From Acidimicrobiia bacterium (GTDB taxonomy: Bacteria; Actinomycetota; Acidimicrobiia; Spongiisociales; ZC4RG35): a stretch of 64,000 bases of DNA. The stretch covers positions 11,385 through 75,384 of the forward strand of contig DASWKK010000138.1 of the NCBI GenBank assembly GCA_036396655.1. The letters are read 5' to 3'. Position 1 is the first letter of the stretch. Each line of letters starts with the position of its first letter. Position numbers and translations under genes: made by a program. Under the pieces are notes generated by a model. That model worked only from the letters and a program-made list of their open reading frames with translations. It did no database searches and was not told the DNA's origin. This document shows, piece by piece, positions 8,553 to 17,313 of the stretch.

Positions 8553-8891
8553 ATGGAAAACAACTCCGACAACCGACTTCTCCGAGTCTTCATCGGCGAG
8601 TCGGACAGTATTGACGGTCGGCCGTTGTATCAGGCAATCGTTGAGACCTTGCGTGGGGAAGGGCTGGCGGGAGCGACGGTCCTTCGGGGCATCGAAGGCT
8701 TCGGCAAGTCGAGCCGTCTCCACACCTCCCATATCCTCCGTCTCTCCGAGGACCTGCCCATCGTCATCGAGTGCGTCGACACGGTAGAGCGAATCGAAGG
8801 GGTGCTTCCTCGTCTCGACGAGATGATCGGAGACGGGCTGGTCACAGTGGAGAAGGTCGACGTACGGGTCTACCGGGCCAACGGCGAATAA
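8553..8891 (+). CDS. DUF190 (PII-like, UPF0166) protein
   Basis: LLRVFIGESD...GRPLY..IV...R..GLAGATVLRGIEGFG pattern. This family commonly accompanies crcB. Confidence 0.8.
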   Translation: MENNSDNRLLRVFIGESDSIDGRPLYQAIVETLRGEGLAGATVLRGIEGFGKSSRLHTSHILRLSEDLPIVIECVDTVERIEGVLPRLDEMIGDGLVTVEKVDVRVYRANGE

Positions 8892-8901
8892 GGACGAAGT
8901 C

Positions 8902-9900
8902 TCAGAAGATCAGGAGAAGCAGGGGGTAATAGATGGCGGCCCCGAGCACCACCCCGTCGAGTGAGATCAGAGCTCCCGGTGGACGCTCCGTCAGTGCTAC
9001 CCGGCCTCTCCTCAACATCGAGGAGAAACCACGGCCAGAGACCAGGGCCACGGCCACCCCCAGCCCCACCAGAAGGTAGGAGACCACGTCGAGGTCCCAG
9101 AGTGCCGCCGCGCCGACTGCGGCCAGAATGGCAGCGATCGCGGTCACCGAAAAGGCGTCGAGCAGCGGCAGCGCGGGTAGACGCTCGACAAGAGATCCCA
9201 GCAGCACGCCGGCGAGCATCGCCACCAGGAACACGTCGGCAGCACTCCCATCCGGGGAGTGGGCTGATCGGGCGAGGATGAGCGAAGCCGCTCCCATCCC
9301 GGCGAAGAGGGAGACCAAGACCGTGGGGCCGAATACATCGGGTTGCCGGTACTGGGGGAAGGCAACCGCCCAGCCCAACCCAACCGCCACCGCCAACACC
9401 AAGGAAAGGGCGTACCCGGCACCGCCCATCACATGGGCTGCCATCGCCGACCCTGCCGCGGTCACCACGACTGCGAGGGAGGCAAACGGTCTCGCCCGCA
9501 AACGGAAGCTCGTACCCAGGTCAACAGCCCAAACACCCGCGATCGCAACCAGCGCTCCGGCCCAGATCTCCTGACCCTGGGTGTTGGCCACTATGGCCAC
9601 CACCGCAATGGCGATGGGGAGAAACCCAACCAAATCCACGGCTGAGATCGTCGTGGCCGGCTGGCTGCCACCCGACACCGGGGGGATCAGGACCACCTCG
9701 TCGCTGTCGGTGACACTGTCATCCATCGATGCCGCCTCACCATTGATCCACACCCGCGAGGTCTCCAGGCCCCGTCGGAACTCCGGGCCGAATTTTTCGG
9801 CGGCCGCTTCGATCACCCCGCCAACAGTGTCCGAGGCCACCTCGACCCTCGAGGTGCCGGCGATCTCACGCAGGTTTGCAAATAGGCGGAGCTTGGCCAT
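8902..9900 (-). CDS. MoaD/ThiS-type beta-grasp domain fused to a polytopic membrane domain
   Basis: From ATG 9900: MAKLRLFANLREIAG...VLIPPVSGG (ubiquitin-like sulfur-carrier pattern with an internal GG), then about 250 aa with 7-8 hydrophobic helices. The track ORF extends to 10092, but that N-terminus is Arg/Pro-rich noise. Confidence 0.6.
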   Translation of the reverse strand: MAKLRLFANLREIAGTSRVEVASDTVGGVIEAAAEKFGPEFRRGLETSRVWINGEAASMDDSVTDSDEVVLIPPVSGGSQPATTISAVDLVGFLPIAIAVVAIVANTQGQEIWAGALVAIAGVWAVDLGTSFRLRARPFASLAVVVTAAGSAMAAHVMGGAGYALSLVLAVAVGLGWAVAFPQYRQPDVFGPTVLVSLFAGMGAASLILARSAHSPDGSAADVFLVAMLAGVLLGSLVERLPALPLLDAFSVTAIAAILAAVGAAALWDLDVVSYLLVGLGVAVALVSGRGFSSMLRRGRVALTERPPGALISLDGVVLGAAIYYPLLLLIF

Positions 9901-9965
9901 AGAGAGAGGGTAAAGCGTACCGAAGCAGCTTCGCGGCTCTCTGCCATGTCGCCTACGCTCGGACC

Positions 9966-10385
9966 ATGAGCGACAGGGTGCTGGTTGCCGTCGATGTCCC
10001 GCTGCTCGGTGACGAGCGCCACAAGAACTGGGCCAAGGTCGTGGAGTCGGTAGATAGCGCCAAGGCTTCAGGATGGGCGTTCGAGGGGCCATTCGTGGCC
10101 ACCGGGGGCATCCAGGACGTGCCCATCGGCGCGGTGCTCCTGGTGTACGGCGAGCGCGGCTCGCGCGCCAACCCTCAGATCACTGCCCGGGTCTACCAGG
10201 TCAACGGCGACTCGACGATCAGCCTCGAGGCTGAAGCCAAGGGAAAGGCGTGGGCCAGGACCTTGCGCGATCCGGTGGAGCGTTGCCTCGGAAGGGAATC
10301 GGCCCTTCCCGACTTGTCGTATCTCAGCGACGAACTGCTCGCAGACGAGTTGCGAGCCCGAGGATGGAGGGTGGACCGACAATGA
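9966..10385 (+). CDS. hypothetical protein
   Basis: 139-aa ORF, ATGA-coupled to the downstream qor-like gene. No motif recognised. Confidence 0.45.
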   Translation: MSDRVLVAVDVPLLGDERHKNWAKVVESVDSAKASGWAFEGPFVATGGIQDVPIGAVLLVYGERGSRANPQITARVYQVNGDSTISLEAEAKGKAWARTLRDPVERCLGRESALPDLSYLSDELLADELRARGWRVDRQ

Positions 10386-11350
10386 GGGCAATCGTCATTC
10401 CCGAGCTTGGCGGCCCCGAGCAGTTGGTTCTCAGCGACCTGCCCGATCCGGTGCCCGGACCTGACGACCTGCTCGTCGACGTTGAGGCCGCCGGGCTCAA
10501 CTTCATCGACGTCTACCACCGCTCCGGGCTCTACGACCTCACCCCACCTTTTACCCCGGGTGTGGAAGGCGCCGGCACGGTGGTTGGAGCCGGGGCGAAT
10601 GTGTCAGAGTTCGACGTGGGGGACAAGGTCGGGTGGACCAATGTCATCGGTTCGTACGCCGAGAAGCACGTGGTGCCGGCCGACCGCGCCATTCCGATCC
10701 CCACAGGGGTCGACGCTGCGACGGTGGCCGCGGTCTTGCTTCAGGGTTTGACTGCCCACTACCTGGCAACCGACACCTTCCGGCTCGCACCGGGTGACAA
10801 GTGCCTGATCCACGCCGGGGCCGGCGGTGTAGGGCTCCTCCTCACTCAAGTCGCAAAGCTGCGCGGAGCCGAGGTCTACACCACGGTCGGCACCACCGAG
10901 AAAGCCGAGCTGAGCCGGCAGGCAGGCTCCGATCATGTAGTCGTCTACACCGAGACGAACTTCAGGGAGGCGATCGAGTCGATCGCCGGTCCCCACGCCC
11001 TCGACGTGGTCTACGACGGCGTCGGTGCCGCCACCTTCGTGGACAGCCTCGATCTATTGCGTCCCAGGGGCCTGATGGTCACCTTCGGCAACGCCTCGGG
11101 GCCGGCGCCCGACATCTCACCGCTGGTCCTGGCCCAGAAAGGCTCACTGTTCCTGACCCGACCCACCATGGCCCATTATCTGCAAACCAGGGAGGAACTC
11201 CTCTCACGTTGCGTCGACCTGTTCACCTGGATTCGGGAGGGAGACCTCGAAGTCCGGATCGACGCCGAGTTCCCTCTGGCCGAAGCGGCCGCCGCCCATC
11301 GCGCCCTCGAGGGTCGGCAAACGGCCGGCAAGGTCCTGATTCGGCCTTGA
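10382..11350 (+). CDS. NADPH:quinone oxidoreductase (zeta-crystallin/MDR family)
   Basis: MRAIVIPELGGPEQL..., NFIDVY, HAGAGGVGLLLTQVAK. Start chosen at the internal ATG 10382. Confidence 0.85.
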   Translation: MRAIVIPELGGPEQLVLSDLPDPVPGPDDLLVDVEAAGLNFIDVYHRSGLYDLTPPFTPGVEGAGTVVGAGANVSEFDVGDKVGWTNVIGSYAEKHVVPADRAIPIPTGVDAATVAAVLLQGLTAHYLATDTFRLAPGDKCLIHAGAGGVGLLLTQVAKLRGAEVYTTVGTTEKAELSRQAGSDHVVVYTETNFREAIESIAGPHALDVVYDGVGAATFVDSLDLLRPRGLMVTFGNASGPAPDISPLVLAQKGSLFLTRPTMAHYLQTREELLSRCVDLFTWIREGDLEVRIDAEFPLAEAAAAHRALEGRQTAGKVLIRP

Positions 11351-11961
11351 CCGACCGGCTGCGTATCCGAAGCGCCATCGCGTGGGCTTGCGGACCGGCG
11401 GCGATCAGGGTCATATCTCGGGCAGCGTGGCGATTGACCGTCGAAGGCGGTGAGGGGTTTCCCGAGCCCCCTTTCGTGATAGCCGCCAATCACCATTCAT
11501 TCCTCGACCCCCCACTGGTCGGTGCAGTCTTCGGCAAGCGTGCCCGGTTCATCGCCCTGGTCGACCTCGCCGGGCATCATCGTCTTCTCGACTGGGCTTT
11601 GGATTGGTTCGAGGTCATCCCGGTGAGCCGCGGAAAGGTGCCGCTCGGGGCGATGCGAAAGTCGTTGTCTCATCTCGGTGGTGGCGGTGTCATGGCAGTC
11701 TTTCCCGAAGGCACACGGGTTGGGCGCTTTGGAGAGGGCGAACTCCGGCCGGGAGCTGCCTGGCTGGCCGTGCGGGCCGGTGTGCCGCTGGTAGCCGTCG
11801 CCGTGACCGGCACCGATCGGGTGCTGGGTCTCGACAACCGGTTACGCCGGGGGAGGGTCAAGGTGATCGTCGGGCCCACCCTCCACCAGCGAGGCTCGGG
11901 ACGTGAAGCCGTGAACGATCTGATGAGCCGCTGGCAAGATTGGGTCGCTTCGGTGGTTTGA
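11347..11961 (+). CDS. lysophospholipid/1-acyl-glycerol-3-phosphate acyltransferase (PlsC family)
   Basis: HX4D motif NHHSFLD, FPEGTR and VPLVAVAV blocks. Start inferred at TTG 11347, overlapping the previous stop. Confidence 0.75.
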   Translation: MTDRLRIRSAIAWACGPAAIRVISRAAWRLTVEGGEGFPEPPFVIAANHHSFLDPPLVGAVFGKRARFIALVDLAGHHRLLDWALDWFEVIPVSRGKVPLGAMRKSLSHLGGGGVMAVFPEGTRVGRFGEGELRPGAAWLAVRAGVPLVAVAVTGTDRVLGLDNRLRRGRVKVIVGPTLHQRGSGREAVNDLMSRWQDWVASVV

Positions 11962-12028
11962 CCGACCTTGCGCGAATAGTGAGCCATCGGCGACAGCGAG
12001 ACAGGGCGCACAACAACAGGGATCAAAC

Positions 12029-13054
12029 GTGAAGGACCTCGAGATCATCACCGAGCAGCCGCTCAACGCCGAGGTCCGGCTCTCCTCGCTCGACGGAAGC
12101 CATCTGCTCCAGGACAGGCTCTACATGCGCAACAGCTTTGACATGCCCGAGCCAAGCCGGATCTCAGGGGAGGTAGAAGTGGTGCTCCCCGGCAGGGAGC
12201 CGACCAAACTGACAGCTGGGGAATTGTCGGACCTCGACCAGGTCACACTGGACATGGTCCTCGAATGCGCCGGCAACGGGCGGTCGCTGGCAAGACCCGT
12301 CCCGCCGGGGCTCGCCTGGCATCTCGGCGGGGTTTCCCCGATCCGGGTCACGGGGGTGAGACTTCGCGACCTGCTCCAGGACATACCCAGCGAAGTGGTC
12401 GACCTGGTCTTCACCGGCGGCGACCAGGGAGAGGTCCGACCCGAAGGGGTGGTCAACTATCAGTTCTCCATCGGCAGGGAGTTGGCGGGCTCCGCTACCC
12501 CGATGCTGGTCACCGGGATAGCTGCCGAGCCACTCGGCCATGAGCACGGCGGTCCGGTGAGACTGGTCGTGCCCGGTCACTATGCGATGAAGTCGGTGAA
12601 GTGGCTCACCCGGATCGAAGGGGTCACCGAGCCCTTCGCCGGTCACTTCGTCAATCGCTACCGCTACCTGGGAGACAACGAGTTCGAAGACGGGGAACCG
12701 GTGGGGCCGATTCAGGTCAGGTCGGTGATTTCCCGGCCTGAGGATGGATCGCGAGTGGCGAGGGTCCCCCCGATCACGGTCGTCGGATCGGCCTGGTCGG
12801 GACAGGGGGCGATCACCCTCGTCGAGGTCTCAGTCGACGACGGAGAGACATGGGCCAAGGCCGACCTGGTCCGGGGCGAGACCGACCTCGCAGTCACCGG
12901 TTGGCGCCACAATCTCACACTGGACCGGGGCCGGCACACCGTCCTGGCCCGGGCCAGTGACGCCACGGGCGCCACTCAACCGCTCGAACCACGCTGGAAC
13001 CGGCTCGGATACGCCAACAACATGGTGCACCGGGTGAGCTTCGAGGTGGGGTGA
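12029..13054 (+). CDS. sulfite oxidase family molybdopterin oxidoreductase (cytoplasmic, no signal peptide)
   Basis: Mo-ligand motif LECAGNGRS, VRLVVPGHYAMKSVKWLTRIE, and a C-terminal dimerisation-type domain. Confidence 0.8.
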   Translation: MKDLEIITEQPLNAEVRLSSLDGSHLLQDRLYMRNSFDMPEPSRISGEVEVVLPGREPTKLTAGELSDLDQVTLDMVLECAGNGRSLARPVPPGLAWHLGGVSPIRVTGVRLRDLLQDIPSEVVDLVFTGGDQGEVRPEGVVNYQFSIGRELAGSATPMLVTGIAAEPLGHEHGGPVRLVVPGHYAMKSVKWLTRIEGVTEPFAGHFVNRYRYLGDNEFEDGEPVGPIQVRSVISRPEDGSRVARVPPITVVGSAWSGQGAITLVEVSVDDGETWAKADLVRGETDLAVTGWRHNLTLDRGRHTVLARASDATGATQPLEPRWNRLGYANNMVHRVSFEVG

Positions 13055-13057
13055 AGC

Positions 13058-13564
13058 TCAGATGAAGATGGTTTGCGCCCCCTCGGAGAGCTCGATGAAG
13101 TCGCCGGCACTGATGATTCCCTCTACCCGTTCGTAGAGGTCCGACTCTTCGAGGTGCATCATGTCGGCCGACATTCGGCATGCCCACAGGTGACCACCGG
13201 AATCGGAGATCATCTCGAGGAACTCGGGCACGTCGGGCACATCGATTCCCTCCATCTGCTTCTTCATCATGTGGGTGGCGAATGCAGTCATCCCGGGGAG
13301 ACCCATGAGCATCTGTGGCATGTGCGTCGCCGGGTTGCCCACCGGTGTGAACTTGAGATGACCCATCGTCTCCTTGTTGATCATGTCGAATCCCCAGAAG
13401 GTGAAGAACAGATGAGTCTCGATCCCTTCACCCAAGGCTGCGTTGGCCAGCACCAGACCCGGATAAGCCATGTCGAGCGATCCCTTGGAGCAGATGATGG
13501 CCAGCTTGCGGCCGGTCGACTCCTCTTCGAACACCGGTATCGGTGCGACCATCGTGGTTGTCAT
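13058..13564 (-). CDS. DsrE/DsrF-like sulfur-relay family protein
   Basis: KLAIICSKGSLDMAYPGLVLANAA...FFTFWG...HLWACRMS pattern of the DsrE-like (COG2210-type) family. Confidence 0.75.
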   Translation of the reverse strand: MTTTMVAPIPVFEEESTGRKLAIICSKGSLDMAYPGLVLANAALGEGIETHLFFTFWGFDMINKETMGHLKFTPVGNPATHMPQMLMGLPGMTAFATHMMKKQMEGIDVPDVPEFLEMISDSGGHLWACRMSADMMHLEESDLYERVEGIISAGDFIELSEGAQTIFI

Positions 13565-13577
13565 TCTGAATACCTCC

Positions 13578-13892
13578 TCAGACGCAGCCTGCCGGCTTGG
13601 GCAGCCCTGCGATATAGGCCATCTTCTTGGCGGGTTTCTTGGGGAACAGCTGGAACAGGTCTTTGGTGGGGATCTGTCCGATAGTGGTCACCCGACGCAG
13701 CGTCGGCGTCTCCCCTTGCATCTTGAAGTCCTCCCTGAGGAAGCGGATCGCCTTCCAGTGGGGATCGGTGAGCTCCACCCCGATGTTGGTGGCGAGGGTC
13801 TGTGCCAGTTCCTCGCTCCACTCGTCGTATTCGGTCAAGAAACCTTCCTCATCGACGTGGACCTCACGGTCGGCTATGACGGCGAGACTCAT
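13578..13892 (-). CDS. TusE/DsrC/DsvC family sulfur-relay protein
   Basis: DEEGFL..YDEWSEELA, LTDPHWKAIRFLRE, and the C-terminal arm AGLPKPAGCV with the terminal Cys. Confidence 0.85.
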   Translation of the reverse strand: MSLAVIADREVHVDEEGFLTEYDEWSEELAQTLATNIGVELTDPHWKAIRFLREDFKMQGETPTLRRVTTIGQIPTKDLFQLFPKKPAKKMAYIAGLPKPAGCV

Positions 13893-15157
13893 TTCACACT
13901 CTCCTTTTCCTTGGGCAACGGTGTTCCAACATCTCTCTTTCCTGCCATCGACATCGCCGTCGGCACGGGCAGCCGTCGGCCGGGCAGCAACATGTTCCAG
14001 TAGATCCAGCGGAACATGAGCTTGCCCCAGTGGTTCATCCGGGTCTCCTCGAGGAGACTCAGAGGCCCGAACCGGGGCACCGGGTACTTGCCGGGGAGCG
14101 GCTGGACGTCGTAGTTGAAGTCGATGAGCAGCGCCTTGCCGTCACCCGACTCAACGAAGCAGTTGGCGTGGCCATCGAACTCGGATGTCATCTTCTCCCC
14201 GCGTATGTGACGGAGGAAGTTGTCGGTGAACACCTCGACGGCAAAATGGGCGACCGAGCCTGCCTTTGACGTTGGCAGGTCAGCGGCGTCACCGAGTGCG
14301 AACACGTTGTCCCATTTCGGGGAGAGGAACGTGTGATTGTCCACCGGGACGTAATTCAGCTCGTTGCCCATCCCACTCCGAGCCACGAAGTCGGCGCCCA
14401 TGTTGAGCGGCACCGTGACCAGGAGGTCGAAGGGGATCTCACGCTCATCGTAGGAGACGATCGTCTTTGTCTCGTTGTCAACGCGTTCGATGTAGAAGTC
14501 GGGTTCCACTGCGATGTGCCGCGATTCGAGCAGGTCCCCAAGCAGCTGCGACGCGACCGGCTTGGTGAACGCTCCGTCGAGCGGGGTGACGTAGGTGATG
14601 TCGACCCGGTCCCGGATGTTCTTGTCCGTGAAGAACGCATCGGCAAGGAACGTGAACTCCAGTGGGGCAACCGGGCACTTGATGGGCATCTCGGTGATGT
14701 GAACCACCAGACGGCCTCCGTCCCAGGATCGCAGCTTCTCTCCCAGTGCGGTTGCCCCTTCGAGGGTGTAGAAGTCGAAGACGCTCTTGTGCCACTCCTC
14801 CCCATCCATCCCCGGTGTCTGATCGGGCCGAGGGCTGGTCCCGGTGGCAATCACCAGGTAGTCGTACGACAGCTCTCTCGCGTCGGCGAGCCGAACGGTG
14901 TTCTGATCGGGCAATACGAGGTCGATCTCGCCGAGCACCATCTCCACCCCGTCGGACAGGTACTTCTTTCTCGGCTTGACGTTCTCACCGGGGGTCGAGG
15001 TGCCGAATGGCACAAATATGTACCCGGGCTGATAGTGGTGTGCGTGATCCTGATCGACCACCGTGATCGTCCACTCGTCGCTCGCCAGAGCACGTCGCAG
15101 TTTGTTGGCCACCATGGTCCCGGCGGTGCCCGCGCCCAATACCAGCAAACGCTTCAT
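13889..15157 (-). CDS. FAD-dependent sulfide:quinone oxidoreductase-like flavoprotein
   Basis: MKRLLVLGAGTAGT Rossmann start (AGGAGA RBS 6 nt upstream of ATG 15157). Pyridine nucleotide-disulfide oxidoreductase layout. 4-nt overlap with the TusE/DsrC gene. Confidence 0.75.
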   Translation of the reverse strand: MKRLLVLGAGTAGTMVANKLRRALASDEWTITVVDQDHAHHYQPGYIFVPFGTSTPGENVKPRKKYLSDGVEMVLGEIDLVLPDQNTVRLADARELSYDYLVIATGTSPRPDQTPGMDGEEWHKSVFDFYTLEGATALGEKLRSWDGGRLVVHITEMPIKCPVAPLEFTFLADAFFTDKNIRDRVDITYVTPLDGAFTKPVASQLLGDLLESRHIAVEPDFYIERVDNETKTIVSYDEREIPFDLLVTVPLNMGADFVARSGMGNELNYVPVDNHTFLSPKWDNVFALGDAADLPTSKAGSVAHFAVEVFTDNFLRHIRGEKMTSEFDGHANCFVESGDGKALLIDFNYDVQPLPGKYPVPRFGPLSLLEETRMNHWGKLMFRWIYWNMLLPGRRLPVPTAMSMAGKRDVGTPLPKEKESVK

Positions 15158-15282
15158 GAAAGCTCTCCTCGTCACCGGGCAGACGCTGCTTGTCTGCCTC
15201 TCGGTTCAGCATCGGTGCCGGCCGCCGCGATGAACAGGGACCAAAGACCACATGCTCTGGGACCCGGCGATAGTGAAGGGGG

Positions 15283-16257
15283 TCAGGGCACCGTCGCGGC
15301 AATGGCAGTGGCAACATCGCGTGGAGAGTCGAGGTGAGCTTTCCAGGCCTCGGCCAGGACGTCGACCTCGGTGGCGGGGAGAGCCTCCAGCACCCGATCA
15401 ACCGACTCCCGAGGCACCTCACCCTGTTGGCTCCACAGGTAGTGAACTGGAACAGTGATGTCTCCCAACTTCGATGGCACCAATGAGGCGGCCGGCGTCC
15501 GACGGAATGCCCTGACCGAGTCGGCGGTGCCAACGATGGTCTCCGCCATCTCCCGCGCCGCCACCTGGTTCCGTGTCGGGCACCATCCCCCTTCGGCACA
15601 GTTTGGTGCCCATCGGTCGAATGAGAACGACCCGGCGGTCTCAAAAGCGAAGGTCGCCGCCGGTCCTAACCACGGAAGCTTTTCGGCGAACTCGACCCAG
15701 CCGTCGGGTTTGTAGAAGTCGACGTCGACCAACACGACTGCAGCCACCAGGTCGGGGCGGATCACTGCAATCTCGGCTGCCACTTCCCCTCCGAGACCGA
15801 TGCCGGCGATGACCGCCGGCTCGGCGAAGGCCTGGTCGATGATGTCGCCGACCTCGACCGCCATCGAGGCCACGGTGTGACGCGTGCCCTCGATCGGGAT
15901 CCGCTCGCTGAGCCCGAAACCAGGCAGGTCGACGCGCATCACGGCGAACTTCTCGTCGAGTGTCGAGACCACACCGTCCCAGATGACGTTTCCGGCGATA
16001 TCGACGTCGTGGAGCAGGACCAGTGGCACCGTTCCGTCTCCCTCACGCACCACGTTGATCGACGTGCCGTTGGGCGAGACCATCGGCTCCAGTTCCAGCT
16101 CCTCGAGAGCGGTGTCTTCGATCAGCTCCATCCGCTGCTGGGTGACCGCAGTCCACACTGTCACTCCAGCTCCGAGCACGAGGACGACCAGCACCAACAT
16201 GCGAAGCGCAACCCGGCTCGGTGCCTCTTCCCGGGGGGGAGGTCTCAGCCCTGACAT
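15283..16257 (-). CDS. membrane-anchored alpha/beta-hydrolase-fold protein (nucleophile elbow atypical)
   Basis: N-terminal TM, PLVLLHD, DLPGFGLS. The expected GxSxG reads AGIGLGG, so Ser is not evident by eye alignment. Confidence 0.65.
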   Translation of the reverse strand: MSGLRPPPREEAPSRVALRMLVLVVLVLGAGVTVWTAVTQQRMELIEDTALEELELEPMVSPNGTSINVVREGDGTVPLVLLHDVDIAGNVIWDGVVSTLDEKFAVMRVDLPGFGLSERIPIEGTRHTVASMAVEVGDIIDQAFAEPAVIAGIGLGGEVAAEIAVIRPDLVAAVVLVDVDFYKPDGWVEFAEKLPWLGPAATFAFETAGSFSFDRWAPNCAEGGWCPTRNQVAAREMAETIVGTADSVRAFRRTPAASLVPSKLGDITVPVHYLWSQQGEVPRESVDRVLEALPATEVDVLAEAWKAHLDSPRDVATAIAATVP

Positions 16258-16338
16258 TCAAATCACCACCTAGTGCCCTGTCGATGTCTCGGCCTATGGG
16301 CACCGAGGTTTAGCTGAAGTTCCATCCGGAGACCGGCC

Positions 16339-17313
16339 TCAGCCCGATCGCTTGCTAACGGTATCGACTATCAGCTCCACCGAAGGTAACGCCATGTCCT
16401 CCAGGGCTTCGGCCGCTGGGAGCGGGATGTGGGGAGTGGTGATTCGCACCACCGGGCCGTCGAGGTCCCAGAAGACCTCATCGACCACGATGGAGGCGAC
16501 CTCGGCGCCCCAGCCACAGAGCCGGGGGTTCTCCTCAACCGTGTACAGCCTGCCGGTCTTGGTGACCGAATCGAGGATGGTCTTGGTGTCGAGGGGAACC
16601 AGGGACCGAACGTCGATCACCTCCGCGGAGATTCCCTGGTCTGCCAGCTTGTTCGCAGCTTCCAGGGCACGCGGGACCATCAGGGCGAGGGCGACAATGG
16701 TGCAATCCGTTCCTTCACGGACCACCCTGGCCACCCCGAGCTCGTCGACCACTTCGCCGTCGGGTACTTCTCCCTTGACCGCGAGAAGCGACTTGTGCTC
16801 GAAGAACACAACAGGGTCGGGGTCCCGGATCGCCGCAGCCATCAACCCGACCACATCGACCGGGGTGGAAGGGGCAACCACCTTGAGACCGGGGATCATC
16901 ATCACCCAGTTCTCGACGCTCTGGGAGTGTTGGGCCCCGAACCGGGAACCACCACCGTTGGCGGTGCGGACCACCACCGGCACGCTCACCTGGCCGCCGG
17001 TCATATAGCGCGACTTCGCCATCTCGTTGGCGAGGAGGTCAAAGCATACGGCGATGAAGTCTGAGAACATGATCTCGGCGATCACCGGCACCCCGGTCAT
17101 CGCCGCGCCCATCGCCGCTCCCAGGATGGCCTGTTCCGATATCGGCGTGTCCCGGATCCGGCTGGGGCCGAATTCGTCGAGCAGGCCCACGGTCGTCTTG
17201 AAGACACCACCAGCGGTTGCGATGTCCTCACCGAGCATCACCAGGTTGGGATCGCGTCGCATCTCTTGAGCGATGCCATGGGCGACCGCGGACCGATATG
17301 TCAGTTCCGCCAT
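16339..17313 (-). CDS. 2-oxoacid (pyruvate/acetoin/BCKA-type) dehydrogenase E1 beta subunit
   Basis: LGEDIATAGGVFKTT, RIRDTPISEQAILGAAMGAAMTG, transketolase-like C-terminus. Confidence 0.9.
   Translation of the reverse strand: MAELTYRSAVAHGIAQEMRRDPNLVMLGEDIATAGGVFKTTVGLLDEFGPSRIRDTPISEQAILGAAMGAAMTGVPVIAEIMFSDFIAVCFDLLANEMAKSRYMTGGQVSVPVVVRTANGGGSRFGAQHSQSVENWVMMIPGLKVVAPSTPVDVVGLMAAAIRDPDPVVFFEHKSLLAVKGEVPDGEVVDELGVARVVREGTDCTIVALALMVPRALEAANKLADQGISAEVIDVRSLVPLDTKTILDSVTKTGRLYTVEENPRLCGWGAEVASIVVDEVFWDLDGPVVRITTPHIPLPAAEALEDMALPSVELIVDTVSKRSG

Noticed and set aside
11962-12028. Moco riboswitch upstream of the sulfite-oxidase-family gene.
   Set aside because: The spacer is only 67 bp, far shorter than the Moco RNA motif, and it has no matching conserved helices.
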